From Stylophora pistillata (taxonomy: Eukaryota): DNA of 64,000 bases. Below are positions 24,701 to 34,814 of the stretch, piece by piece (the first letter of the stretch is position 1; each line of letters opens with the position of its first letter). The position numbers and the translations under genes are program-made. Below the pieces are notes generated by a model that was given only the letters and a program-made list of their open reading frames with translations, did no database searches and had not been told where the DNA came from. The stretch is taken from the NCBI RefSeq assembly GCF_002571385.2, contig NW_019218206.1, positions 179,902-243,901 of the forward strand, in the 5' to 3' direction.

Positions 24701-27700
24701 TAGGGTATGGCACAGCCACCATTAAGTTACTAAAAATACAAACGTTTGCCTCTCGCTTTTCGTTCAAATATATTGTCATGCTTCCGAAAACAACGGGATC
24801 TTTTTTACAATTTTTTTTTTATCATTACCTAACTTGAATGGAACCTTGCGCACAGCCTACTGATATTTCGGCCTCATTCTTTAAGTCACGCTATTTAAGA
24901 TCGGGTTTGAGAGAGATGCATATTTTCTTCATGTAGTTACAGCATGTTTTAAGAGGTGCAGATATTTTTTTTGATCAATGGGCAAGTATATAAGAAATAG
25001 ATCTGCAGAATTTTCGAAAGTTGTTCCTTAGCAGACAGTGTGAACAACGCGCTTGAATAATTCACATCCCTATGAAACGTTTCCAAGTCACGCCACAGAT
25101 GTTTAGTTCGACCAAGTTCTGCATGGAAATGTTCGATAGTAGTAAGTGACAACGATAACACCATTCTAGTTTTATTTTCTGGAATAATATAGCGCAGTTT
25201 TTTCATTTAACATCGCTACTGAAATTTCCTTTTAAGCGAGAAGACAGAGCTTCTCGTCTGTACAGCAAACGGAAACTTGTACGTCAACACGAATGCGGCA
25301 TGTGACCTTAAAATCTCCTCTCCCGTTGCAATCTCTTGATTGTCAACTATGATAATAAACAATCAAATCAAAGACTAATAAATGTTTTTTTGCCGTAAGA
25401 AAGCCATATTTGTTTATTTTTAGCAAATCTCCAAAATAAACGACAGAAGGGAGAAACGGTACGATTAACCCAGCAATATTTCGTCTACATGCTTCTCTTT
25501 AAACGTAAAATTTCCAATTTCTATCAAGAACCTGGAAAGTTACTCACATTTCGTAGCTTCCTTGATTAATTATCTTGCTTAACGAGCTAAAAAATGATGG
25601 TATACTTGCCTAAGTAACTGCCTACAGTTACAATTTCGTGACAGGTGTAGTTAAGAGGAGCTTTTACAGTGACAGATTTCAAAAGGCATTCCAGACAAAA
25701 GTATGGCAGTGCCCAAAGATTTCTTAGTGATTTCAGAGATGAAATAATGGAATAGAAAGGCGCGTTCAAATTAGTGTTGCAGCTTTCTAGCAAGGGAAGA
25801 TATTTGACCTCAAAGTTACCAAATATTTAAGTGAATTGAACAGTGTAAAAACACACTAATTCATTCACCTCTGTTGATTGACAAGTCGTCAATCAAGTCA
25901 ATTGAAAGTTGTATAGTACGTTCATTAAGGATGTATCAATATGTATGCAAACCGCGCCATCACAGCAACATGTGAAATACAATTGCAGTAAGAGCTTCTT
26001 ACATTTTACCTATTCTGAGGCCATTTTTTAGTGAAAACTTAGAAAACCAGGGGGTGGTCTATCTCCCCCCCCCGGAAATAACCAAAGCCGAAACCAGTTT
26101 GTCATTTTGAGTTTTTGGGGTAGATCCTTTGAACTGGCAAAGTTTAATTGAAATCGGTGGGATGGCATGCATCACGACTGCCTGGTGCTCTACTGGACAC
26201 GTTCTTAACTACATGAATTGATTGGGGACTATTTCTGCTACCGCTGTCGCTTCGCACATGAAGAATGCACAGAATGCACACAAATGTATGACCTACGTGC
26301 ACAGCATGTCGTCTTATTGTCTCAGACCTTTTTCTAGTTTCCGCTTTCGTTTCATACTAACACGCAATGGGAATTGTACACGTTTCTACTTCTTTTCCGC
26401 ATCAACTTCCTGCGAAATCCGTGAAGATTAGGAAGAAACTCCTGTCAGCGTTACTGGAAGTAAAATGCTCCGACAGTATTCGATAACTTAAAGTTGGGAG
26501 CTTATATTCACTGAGTCTTCGTTTATTCAACGGTATCAGGTCTAGGCTTAAGATCTTAATCTAAACTTGTTTAGTAAATCTCGAGATGATACTGTCGTCT
26601 GTGCCCCTGATATGCATATCATTGGGAGGTTAAATGCACGAAGTTTCCAGAACTGATTACCCCCTTTTATAAACACAGCCATCAGAATAAACAGAAGTAG
26701 TTTCAGTTTGAAAGATTTTGAGAACTTTGCTTCGCACAATGTGTTGTTGATTGTATCATCGAAAATGTCAGTTGCTCCGTGTCTCTTGCTTACACGCTGG
26801 ATGACTTACATTATAAACGATCTCTATTGCTTTATCCGCTTTGTAACTCCCATTTCCGCGAAAATTCATGTACCGTGTGTGCTAATGTTAGCTGACTTCC
26901 TTTTAGTCTTTTTCCTTTCCTTGTTTTCAGTCGGGTGCGATGATAACAAATAGGACTAATGTGTGAGATGAGCATGTTGTCGATGTAAATCACCAAGTGA
27001 TTTAATTTGAGGGATCAGTGCAATGAATTTTGAGGGCTCAGCGCAAGCAGGATTGAAAGAAAGCATAACTTAGCATCAATGTTGACATTTTGTTCACACC
27101 CTAGTGCTTTTAGTGAAGTCAGTTCTGCTGTCTGTCGCAAATGATATATTCCATAACAAGTAATGTACTGTTCATTTGAAAATAAGGTCTGAAAATCATC
27201 GTTCGTTTTCGATGCTAAAATGTTTTTTGCCTTACATTTTTATGAATCATACATAACATATGAGTCAATTGAAACATACTTTCCGGTATTAAGCGCCCCG
27301 TAGAGCAAGAATTGGCAGAAAACATAGGTTCATGTCAATGTTGACATTTTGTGTACACTTTCATGCTTTCAGCGAAATGAGATTTCTTAGGTCTGCTGTC
27401 TGATATAACTAAACACATTCCACGAGCATTGCACCGTTCATATCGACACAAGGTTTTGGATATCACTACAAATGTACGGCCTTGAAACTAATTTTGCTTT
27501 TTTAGTCAGTAGACGAAACAGCATGTCTTGCGTTTATATAATGTAGGTGTGTGTTTGACCTCGATTGATCGATGAAAGCTTACCGTTCCTAAAGGTCCGT
27601 TTGTTTTCCTTAACTCGGCGATTCTCTTTTCGCGAAGTTCTTTTGCCCTCTCCATGTCGGTAACCTCCTCTTTGACACATAGTAGCTGTAAATCCTGCGC

Positions 27701-27751
27701 TAACTCAGAAAGACTTTCGCTTCGCCTTCTTACAGGCCTCGGTTTCGACAT
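15644..27751 (-). CDS. Complete dynamin-like GTPase / DSTYK-like protein kinase fusion, copy B (8 exons, 986 aa)
   Basis: Exons 27584-27751, 21508-21703, 20697-20968, 20082-20222, 19559-19899, 17876-19060, 16908-17172 and 15644-16036 total 2961 nt, are all GT-AG and splice into one open frame. Features: P-loop GETSAGKS, DSPG, NKWD; hydrophobic hairpin FLVMTGLILWTVFVPVGLTAGFLTAPVLGV; kinase with HRDxKLxN and DLG, as in DSTYK. Exons 2-7 have identical sizes in paralog C. Confidence 0.88.
23024..23383 (-). mobile_element. tRNA-derived SINE nested in the TTAA element
   Basis: 5' tRNA-like head CCGGTTAGCTCAATGGATAGAGCG...GGTCGAGGGTCCGAGCCCCGG (A and B boxes) and a 3' (TAAGT)n tail. Confidence 0.75.
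24075..24117 (+). ncRNA. Minimal type I hammerhead ribozyme-like motif (Penelope/retrozyme type), degenerate
   Basis: CTCC-TTGATGA-A-ATCTG(ctatagt)CAGAC-GAAA-CGCG-TA-GGAG. Stem I is CTCC/GGAG, the core is (C>U)UGAUGA plus GAAA, stem II is TCTG/CAGA, stem III is the palindrome CGCG, and the cleavage site is UA. Confidence 0.55.
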
Positions 27752-29401
27752 CGAGGTCTAGTCAATGAAAGTGGTTACTAAAGCTATCGAGTCTTTTGCG
27801 AGGTTTCATTTAAGCTGAGAACAGTAAGGCCGAGCACGACTCAGCGGTCTGAGGTCTTCTGTGGAAAATTCAAAGCCGTCGAACAGTTAGTTCGAAAAGC
27901 GACCCACTTCCGAACAGTCACTGTCACAGATTATGATACTACTTCGGGAAGTTCAACCTTTTCACCGTTTTTTTCATCCGTATAAGTGACCAGTTTATTT
28001 AAAGCAATAACGGAACTTGCCGAAACGAGGAAATCACGTCTTCTTAAAATATGCTTTCGTGGCAAATTTCATCAAGACACGTATTTTGGATAGCGGAAAA
28101 ACCACAGGGGGCCCATACAATCTGTTTGTGTAGCCGATTGTTAATTTATAGTGAATGTACCAGATTTACCGTTTGCCTCACCTATAGCGATATATTGCTG
28201 ACTATGTATATAAATCAATGAGAAATAAACGTTGAATTACCTTACCTGTGGTGTATAGTCGACCTTTTGCCTCAAAAATGATTTTTTGAGCGATTTTGAA
28301 CAATTTTGAGTTCGTCGTTGAATGTAATTTGTAAAAGAAAGACAAAGATGGAAACCTTGTTTTGAAAGGTTTCAAGCGCCCGTGCCATTTTCCCCGCGAA
28401 AATCGCATCGCTCCCCTTTCAAACTTCGCAGCATTAAGGTAAAAAGATTTACGATTCTCCTCGTACCTTCCCACCGAAAATCCATTTAAACGGATCGGAG
28501 CTAGCCCTCGAAGAAAAATAAAAATCCCACATTTTGTGCCACCCAGAAACCGTAACGCTGATTGCCCTTTTCTGATTGGACGACGTTAAACGATGACCTA
28601 TTCAAAATATCTGGCTGGCACATGAGAATCTTGCTACGCATCCCAGGCGCTCTAATACTGATTAACAGCTTAGGAGAGGTGAAGCTCAAGTGGCTGTTCA
28701 CTGAACTGGCCCAAAGTGAAGACGGAATCAGCGAGATTGACCTCCTTTAAATCAAACTTCTCAACATCGATGGATGGCAATTGACAGATATCAAAAACAT
28801 AACGAATCATTCGCTGATTACCTAAATTTGCTCGGGAAGCAGGAACTGCATGAATACAAAGAGGAAAGGAATCGCAATCAAATGTATTTGAACGGGATGG
28901 CTGGATTTGTCATGGTCAACAAAGGGCTTGTCACGTGCTATACATCGTCAAGGATAGGTTCTAGTCTATGCTCGGCTAAGTTACGTAAGCTTTAAAGCTT
29001 TTAAGCAAGCGGCCATGGGTGAAACGCGTGGTCAAAGATGGTTTATTATCTAGTTATTCGTTTATCTTTGTTGTTTAGATTTCACATGCCGGCTTTCTTA
29101 AAGTCGGCTTGTCTTCTTAGTGTGGGTTACAGCGAGGAGTCTTTTTACCAACATTGAAACGAGTTATTGGACACTGATACAAAATCTGGAATGAAGTAGT
29201 CTCATGGTTTACCCAATTTAGGTACCGCTATTTACATATTAAAACAAAGGAAATTAGTAGTTGGAATAAGACCGGTTCTGGCGGATTTTCAAAAATTACT
29301 ACTAATTATCGTGCATTTACGATAATTTATAACTCTTTAAGCGGCTAACTTCTATCAAGTATCGTGAACACACGATAAATCTTAAGTAAAATTGATATTT
29401 T

Positions 29402-32400
29402 TCAACGACCTATTGGGTATGTGTCTACTCTGTCTGGTAGAATGATTCGCTTGTCATCATCAGCGGATAGAGCGAGTTTGTTGATCTCCTCCATAAACAT
29501 CTCATGCTTTCGACTTCTGAGGGTATTCATTTTCCGATGCTGTTTTTTACCATCAAACAAGCATCTTTTATAATTATCAAGATTGATGGTACGCTCTACC
29601 ACTCCCGTCTTCACCCCCTTACACTTCTTTTTCTCTTCTCCACTATCAAACATCTTATAGCAATAAAGCTTTGCCCTCAGACCAACAAACTCCTCAATGA
29701 TTTTTCCACCCGCCTCATCCTTAAACTTTCCAATAACTTTCTTGTTTACCCCGGTTGGTATCCCAGAAGGGTGATCTTTTGAAATGTTGCTTGTGTCAAA
29801 CAAACAATCCACATCATCAATTATATCTTTGTAAAAGTCTTCAGTCTGAATCTCATAGCAGAGACTGTCTGTATCAGTGAAAAGAAGCTTTGCTCTATCT
29901 CCGTACTTGGGTTTGATGTAGTTGTAATGAAAGTCATACATCAGAGTCTTGCTGAGATCGAGGATACACATTCCGAGATAGAGAGGTTTGTTGAAGGTAA
30001 TTTGCGTCTTTCTCATCTCTACCGCACAGAGATTCTCAGAGAATATGGTGCAGTGTTTGAAGTTGACCTTATTTACCAATTTTTTTGCCTTATCTTCTGA
30101 GTTGACAAGTCTCACATCAACTCGTTTTCGAATATTTTCCATCGTCTTTCCATATACAGAAATGTTCATGAGTTTGAAAAAGTCTTTTTCGAAATCGTTA
30201 TCAGCCTTGGCTCTCAACTCTGTATTTAAATCGATGTACTTTTTCATCCAAGGACTCTCTTTAAACTTGATGATACGGTGAATCTTTCCAATCTCAATTC
30301 CAAGACTCATGTAAAGCTTCAATGTCTCGTGATGAACGATGTACCTCTTTTTTTCGTTTAAGGTACAGACCAACTTATGAACTTTTCCAATCAACAGATT
30401 TTCAGGAGCTGGAGGATAATCGTTAAAATAATCATACAACTCTTTTTTGATGGGAAGTATATCAACCTCAAGAATGCAGGGAAAACTCTTCCAACCCCCA
30501 AAGTCTTTCTCATCTACCCATTCAAAACCACCTGTCGGTAGATTTTGACTCATCGCCCAGCCGTAGAGATTGTTTGCGTCAAGATATGTGATGAAACTTG
30601 AAGGTATGCTTTTATCAAACTTTTCACCCATGTATTTGTTGTTTGCTTTTGCATATCTTTTTGTAATCATCGAAATCCCTCCGCGAATGCCTTTTTCAAA
30701 CATATGCAACATGTTTGGATCACTCAACAACTCAAGCTCTATCTCAGTCATCTTGAGGCATGCATCCCAAGCCAAACCTGGTGCAGTGTAGTACCAACAG
30801 GGGTCGAGGTCATAGTTCTCCTTGCAAACCTTTCGAAAGTTTTCAAAAACGTCACACAGCAAGAGAACATCACTTTGATTGTAGAGATTGTGATAATCTC
30901 GCATCGTTTTCATCTCAAAGGTTTTCCACACCTCTTTTGCATGATTATATTCCGCTTCCGCTATACCACTACCACTGAGAACAGAGAAAAAAGCTTCAAT
31001 CGGTGGAAATTCAGTCTCATCAAGCTTGTTGATAGAATTCAACCACTCGTAAGGATAGACACCCTTTCTCTTCAATAAGTCAAGCTTTTCTCCATCAAAG
31101 TATCTTCCTGTATTCACTAAAGAGTCATCCTTTTTGGTGAGGTTGTTGACAAGCTTGTCAAGACTGGAAGCCATGAATTTGAAGCTGTCAATGAACCTCA
31201 ACTCTCTCTTGACAACAACATCTTCTTTTTTCTTTTTGTTGAAAAACTTGTCAACCACAACACTCTTTGTGAAGCTGATGTATTTTTCTTCGTTGTTGGG
31301 AATGCAATTAATATCACCTTCTGAAACACCGAGATTTCTAACGAAGAGATGGGCGTCATAGTTTGCCAAATTGTGAAAGACGACAGGAGTAAATTTTGGT
31401 CGTTGGAATCTCAGGTTGCAACTATTATGCGCAGCTCCTCTAAATTTACCGGTGTAATGGCAATGATCACGAACCTTTACATCTTCCATCTTGAAATCTT
31501 CTCCACACAACCAACAACACATCGCATTTTCAAAGAGTTCAACATCATTGTCTGTGAAGATCATCTCTTTTTTGGGATGGTTTTTGTAAATAGTCTTAAC
31601 CTCTTCTTCAAGCATGTTAACAAATATCTGTGCAACATCTTCATCTTCAGACTTTGCTGTATACTCAACCAGTTTTGAATGTTTGTCATCGAAAGAGCAT
31701 TTAACAAAGTAGCAAAAACTCACTGGGATATGTTTCTGCTTCTTTTCGGTATAACACTCTTCAGGATTCGGTTGAACTGTGTGCAAAGGTTTGATGATTG
31801 ACTCAAAGTCAGCATAGATGACGAGCGGCATGTCCATCTTTTTATAGTTGTTTTTGAAAGAGAGAAAAGTTCCCTCTTTCGGCTTCTTCTCTCTCACAGC
31901 CTCATGATCTCGACAAAGTTCGCTGTGTACGTCAAGAAGTTTCTGATAACCGAAATAATTAAGACATCTCTTGCAAATAAACTTTTTATGTCCATCTTTT
32001 GATAGGTCACTCGATACAAGTCGACTTAAAGATTTGATGAGACAGTAATGTTTTTTCTCACTTTTTTCACCTTCATCACCTTCACTGTCTAAGCAGTGAT
32101 CAGTGATGAGAAGAAGATCAATATGGATCTTGCTGCTCTCAACCTTACTCACTCTCAAGGGTTTGAGCCCACCTTCATACATGTAGACGTTGATAGAAAG
32201 ACTCGGATTCAACTTTTCAAAGCGGTGAATTTTTGTCACCTCCATCGGAAACTTAATCCCATCCCACACAAGCTTCTTTGCCTGCTCTCTCAATGTCTTT
32301 GAGATACGCTCTTGGTCCTTTTTTACAGGATTCAACGCTCTTGTCACACACCATTTGAAACATTCATCATCTTCATTTTTTATGTTTATGATAGCCTTCT

Positions 32401-33235
32401 TATCTGCGAGAAATTTTGGTAGCTTAATGTATGAAGAACCTTTCAAAGGAGTGTATTTCGCCGTATGCGAATCTAAACCCTCAACCGAATGGATAAACCA
32501 ACCGCTTCCATTTCTTGTAAACGTAGCCAAACTCTCCATCATTTTGTCAACACATTCTTGATAAAGTTCTTCTCGATCAGTATCTTGAAAGACAATCTTG
32601 GAAGATGAATTAAAATATACAAGCTCTAGCACAGTCTCACCCGTCACAATATTTGTCTTTGACATATTACACTTCAGAACGAACTCCACCTTGATATTCT
32701 TCTGCGTTAATAAAAACTTTATTACGGTCGGTTTTACACCCTCCAGAAAATCCATCGGTCCATAACCCCCCACCCCATCAATTGTGTACATCTTTACAAA
32801 CCCTTTCAATGCAGACTTTTTCTCAACAAGTTTGAAACGATACTGATCTCTTTTCTCGTAAAGCTTAGCGATATGTGTTTTGAAATCTTTCAACTTGTCA
32901 TCAACCACCACTCGTGGTACATCAACCTGTTCCTTCAACCACTGACCCCAATCTTCTACCTCCCTCTTCCCCCAATCAACAGCCTTATCTATCTTTTTTA
33001 CCAGCAAAGCTGGTTTTGACGGTATTAATATATTCTGCTCCTCCGGAATCTCATGTTCAGGAATCGGATCATCGAGTAAATTACGTCTCTCTGAAACCAC
33101 TTTCTTATTGTTTGGTATTGACTGATTTATAAAATTGATAAGTTCTGCTTTTCGAAGTCTTGAATAACCACGAAGACCATTTTCCTTTGCAATCTGACGA
33201 AGTTGTACAACAGTATGTTTTTCCATTTTCTGCAT
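29402..33235 (-). CDS. polB: Protein-primed family B DNA polymerase (pPolB) with N-terminal vOTU-like domain and inserted HNH/endonuclease VII-like domain
   Basis: 1277 aa. Exonuclease motifs YADFES, FHNLANYD, YNQSDV; polymerase motifs YLDANNLYG, KLMNISVYGK, TDTDS. HNH-like CWLC...VRDHCHYTGKFRGAAHNSCN. OTU-like DDECFKWC...HYCLI. Confidence 0.95.
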   Translation of the reverse strand: MQKMEKHTVVQLRQIAKENGLRGYSRLRKAELINFINQSIPNNKKVVSERRNLLDDPIPEHEIPEEQNILIPSKPALLVKKIDKAVDWGKREVEDWGQWLKEQVDVPRVVVDDKLKDFKTHIAKLYEKRDQYRFKLVEKKSALKGFVKMYTIDGVGGYGPMDFLEGVKPTVIKFLLTQKNIKVEFVLKCNMSKTNIVTGETVLELVYFNSSSKIVFQDTDREELYQECVDKMMESLATFTRNGSGWFIHSVEGLDSHTAKYTPLKGSSYIKLPKFLADKKAIINIKNEDDECFKWCVTRALNPVKKDQERISKTLREQAKKLVWDGIKFPMEVTKIHRFEKLNPSLSINVYMYEGGLKPLRVSKVESSKIHIDLLLITDHCLDSEGDEGEKSEKKHYCLIKSLSRLVSSDLSKDGHKKFICKRCLNYFGYQKLLDVHSELCRDHEAVREKKPKEGTFLSFKNNYKKMDMPLVIYADFESIIKPLHTVQPNPEECYTEKKQKHIPVSFCYFVKCSFDDKHSKLVEYTAKSEDEDVAQIFVNMLEEEVKTIYKNHPKKEMIFTDNDVELFENAMCCWLCGEDFKMEDVKVRDHCHYTGKFRGAAHNSCNLRFQRPKFTPVVFHNLANYDAHLFVRNLGVSEGDINCIPNNEEKYISFTKSVVVDKFFNKKKKEDVVVKRELRFIDSFKFMASSLDKLVNNLTKKDDSLVNTGRYFDGEKLDLLKRKGVYPYEWLNSINKLDETEFPPIEAFFSVLSGSGIAEAEYNHAKEVWKTFEMKTMRDYHNLYNQSDVLLLCDVFENFRKVCKENYDLDPCWYYTAPGLAWDACLKMTEIELELLSDPNMLHMFEKGIRGGISMITKRYAKANNKYMGEKFDKSIPSSFITYLDANNLYGWAMSQNLPTGGFEWVDEKDFGGWKSFPCILEVDILPIKKELYDYFNDYPPAPENLLIGKVHKLVCTLNEKKRYIVHHETLKLYMSLGIEIGKIHRIIKFKESPWMKKYIDLNTELRAKADNDFEKDFFKLMNISVYGKTMENIRKRVDVRLVNSEDKAKKLVNKVNFKHCTIFSENLCAVEMRKTQITFNKPLYLGMCILDLSKTLMYDFHYNYIKPKYGDRAKLLFTDTDSLCYEIQTEDFYKDIIDDVDCLFDTSNISKDHPSGIPTGVNKKVIGKFKDEAGGKIIEEFVGLRAKLYCYKMFDSGEEKKKCKGVKTGVVERTINLDNYKRCLFDGKKQHRKMNTLRSRKHEMFMEEINKLALSADDDKRIILPDRVDTYPIGR

Positions 33236-33322
33236 ATCTGATATTATTAAACTTTTTTTTAAGTTTTTTAAATTTTTTTAATCACTTGATTTAAGTGATT
33301 AAAAACTATCTCGATGTGAGCT

Positions 33323-33817
33323 TTACTGTTTAAAACGATATTCTTCGAAATGGAGGGCAAACTTTTTTCCATCAAGTGTGATAAAGTTTCTTGTACTCTC
33401 TTTGAGTGCATTCAACTTTGATGTAAACGTTGAAGGATTTACCTTAAAATGTTTTGAAGCAGCATTGACCGAGGGAAAAATGAGTTTATCTACAGATGAA
33501 TCTATAGATTGAAGTGTCACTTTTCTCCTCATACCAATGTTTTTTGCGCGAGGAGGTGGAGGATTTTTGATAAATTTAATCAACTCTCTCTTCACCTTCG
33601 TAGAATATCCTTGTAATCCCATCTCTTTTGCTTTTTCGATAAGTTCGTTTTTTGACAATCTCTCGAGAGAATCCAACTCGGGAGGATTTTTGATCAAGTC
33701 AATCAACTCTTTTTTGTCAAGTAAATAACATCGTTGCAATCCCATCTCCTTTGCCTTTCTCATGAGTGCACGCTTTGAAAAATACTCAAGCTCATCCATT
33801 TTATTTATATTAAACAT
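33323..33817 (-). CDS. Putative DNA-binding protein: two Rho_N/HEH-like repeats plus a NUMOD1-like HTH
   Basis: Internal repeat LSKxxLxxKAKEMGLQ..K.ELI..IKNPP occurs twice. C-terminal FPSVNAASKHFKVNPSTF is a NUMOD1-like pattern. Confidence 0.6.
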   Translation of the reverse strand: MFNINKMDELEYFSKRALMRKAKEMGLQRCYLLDKKELIDLIKNPPELDSLERLSKNELIEKAKEMGLQGYSTKVKRELIKFIKNPPPPRAKNIGMRRKVTLQSIDSSVDKLIFPSVNAASKHFKVNPSTFTSKLNALKESTRNFITLDGKKFALHFEEYRFKQ

Positions 33818-33857
33818 TTTTTTAAGATTTTTTTATTCAATTTTTTATGAATTTTTT

Positions 33858-34814
33858 TTATATTTTTTGAAGTTCACTCTCATCAATCCATGAGTTGAAT
33901 TTTTCTGGATAACCACTCCACTTTACGAGAGCCTTTCCTTTACTCTTTCGAATAACCTTCTCAATAAGGAAAACATCTTGTTTTGCTCTCAACATCTCTT
34001 GTTCGTAGAAAGAACCTTTGATCTCTTCACCGAGCAGATCCTTTAACTTGTAAGTGATTGGGTTGGAATATTGCGCCTCGTCAACGACAAAAATCTCTTC
34101 TGTCCAATTCGGAGTAAATCCTTTGTCAAACACTTTTCGTTTGAATTTGGAGATTCGAACGTGATCGCCAACTGCAAATTTTGGTCTCTCCCGCAATCTA
34201 CTCAAATCATCGCCGTAAAGTTTCAGAAAGACAGCATTCTCATTTTTTTTCTTGGATGCCTCTACCGGAGTCATACCAATCGATCTATGTTTTCGATTGT
34301 TGTACTTCTTAACGATGTGTGGTAGAATGTCGAGATACTGTGTGTTGTTCTGAATGGTAAACTGTTTCCACATCTCAGTTTTGATGGTTCGTTTCCACCT
34401 CTCACAGACAGACGATTTTTCTTCATTCTCTGTCGAGTACATCTCAACACCTTCAGCTTCCATTAGATCTTTGACATGACTGTTGTAATACTCTGAACCC
34501 TTGTCAACCCAGAGTCTCTTCGGTTTTCTCCCTCCAACAAAAATCTTTCTGAACCCATCCGAAACACTCTCACCCTTTTTATTTTTCAACGGTACAATCC
34601 AACCGTATTTGCTAAAGACATCCAACACCATCAGCAGATATCTATAACCCTCATTCCACTTTTCAAACTTTTGCATCTCAACCAAGTCAGAACACCAAAT
34701 CTCATCGATTCCGTTGACAATAACGCGTCGTTTTCTAAAGTTTCGTCTCACCGGTCTGTGCAACTCATCTGCTAATTCTTCTTGCCACCCTGAGCTTTTT
34801 TTGAGCTTTTTTTT
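33858..34814 (-). CDS. int: Retroviral-type (rve) integrase with C-terminal chromodomain; no own AUG before the first catalytic Asp
   Basis: DDE triad WCSDL / WVDKGSEY / VCERWKRT, then GDHVRIS and chromodomain ALVKWSGYPEKFNSWI. The ORF-track start at 34874 is GTG, and the first ATG (34676) lies after the first catalytic D. Confidence 0.9.
   Translation of the reverse strand, partial: KKKLKKSSGWQEELADELHRPVRRNFRKRRVIVNGIDEIWCSDLVEMQKFEKWNEGYRYLLMVLDVFSKYGWIVPLKNKKGESVSDGFRKIFVGGRKPKRLWVDKGSEYYNSHVKDLMEAEGVEMYSTENEEKSSVCERWKRTIKTEMWKQFTIQNNTQYLDILPHIVKKYNNRKHRSIGMTPVEASKKKNENAVFLKLYGDDLSRLRERPKFAVGDHVRISKFKRKVFDKGFTPNWTEEIFVVDEAQYSNPITYKLKDLLGEEIKGSFYEQEMLRAKQDVFLIEKVIRKSKGKALVKWSGYPEKFNSWIDESELQKI

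Larger units (their letters stand above)
21924..26204. mobile_element. 4.3-kb non-autonomous DNA element with ~1-kb terminal inverted repeats and TTAA flanks (Kolobok-like), in intron 1 of copy B
   Basis: TTAA|GAACGTGTCCA... at 21920 and ...TGGACACGTTC|TTAA at 26208. 21924-~22960 is the imperfect reverse complement of ~25173-26204. The element is absent from paralogous intron 1 of copy C (~58100). No transposase ORF is visible. Confidence 0.8.

Noticed and set aside
27760-28100. NF-kB/IRF/AP-1 sites in the upstream region shared with 59257-59597
   Set aside because: Conservation is explained by recent duplication, and the matches are short and expected by chance.
28590-29194. SWIM-domain/TE gene remnant upstream of the Polinton
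   Set aside because: It is coding-like but too degenerate (multiple stops and shifts) to assign a family from sequence alone.
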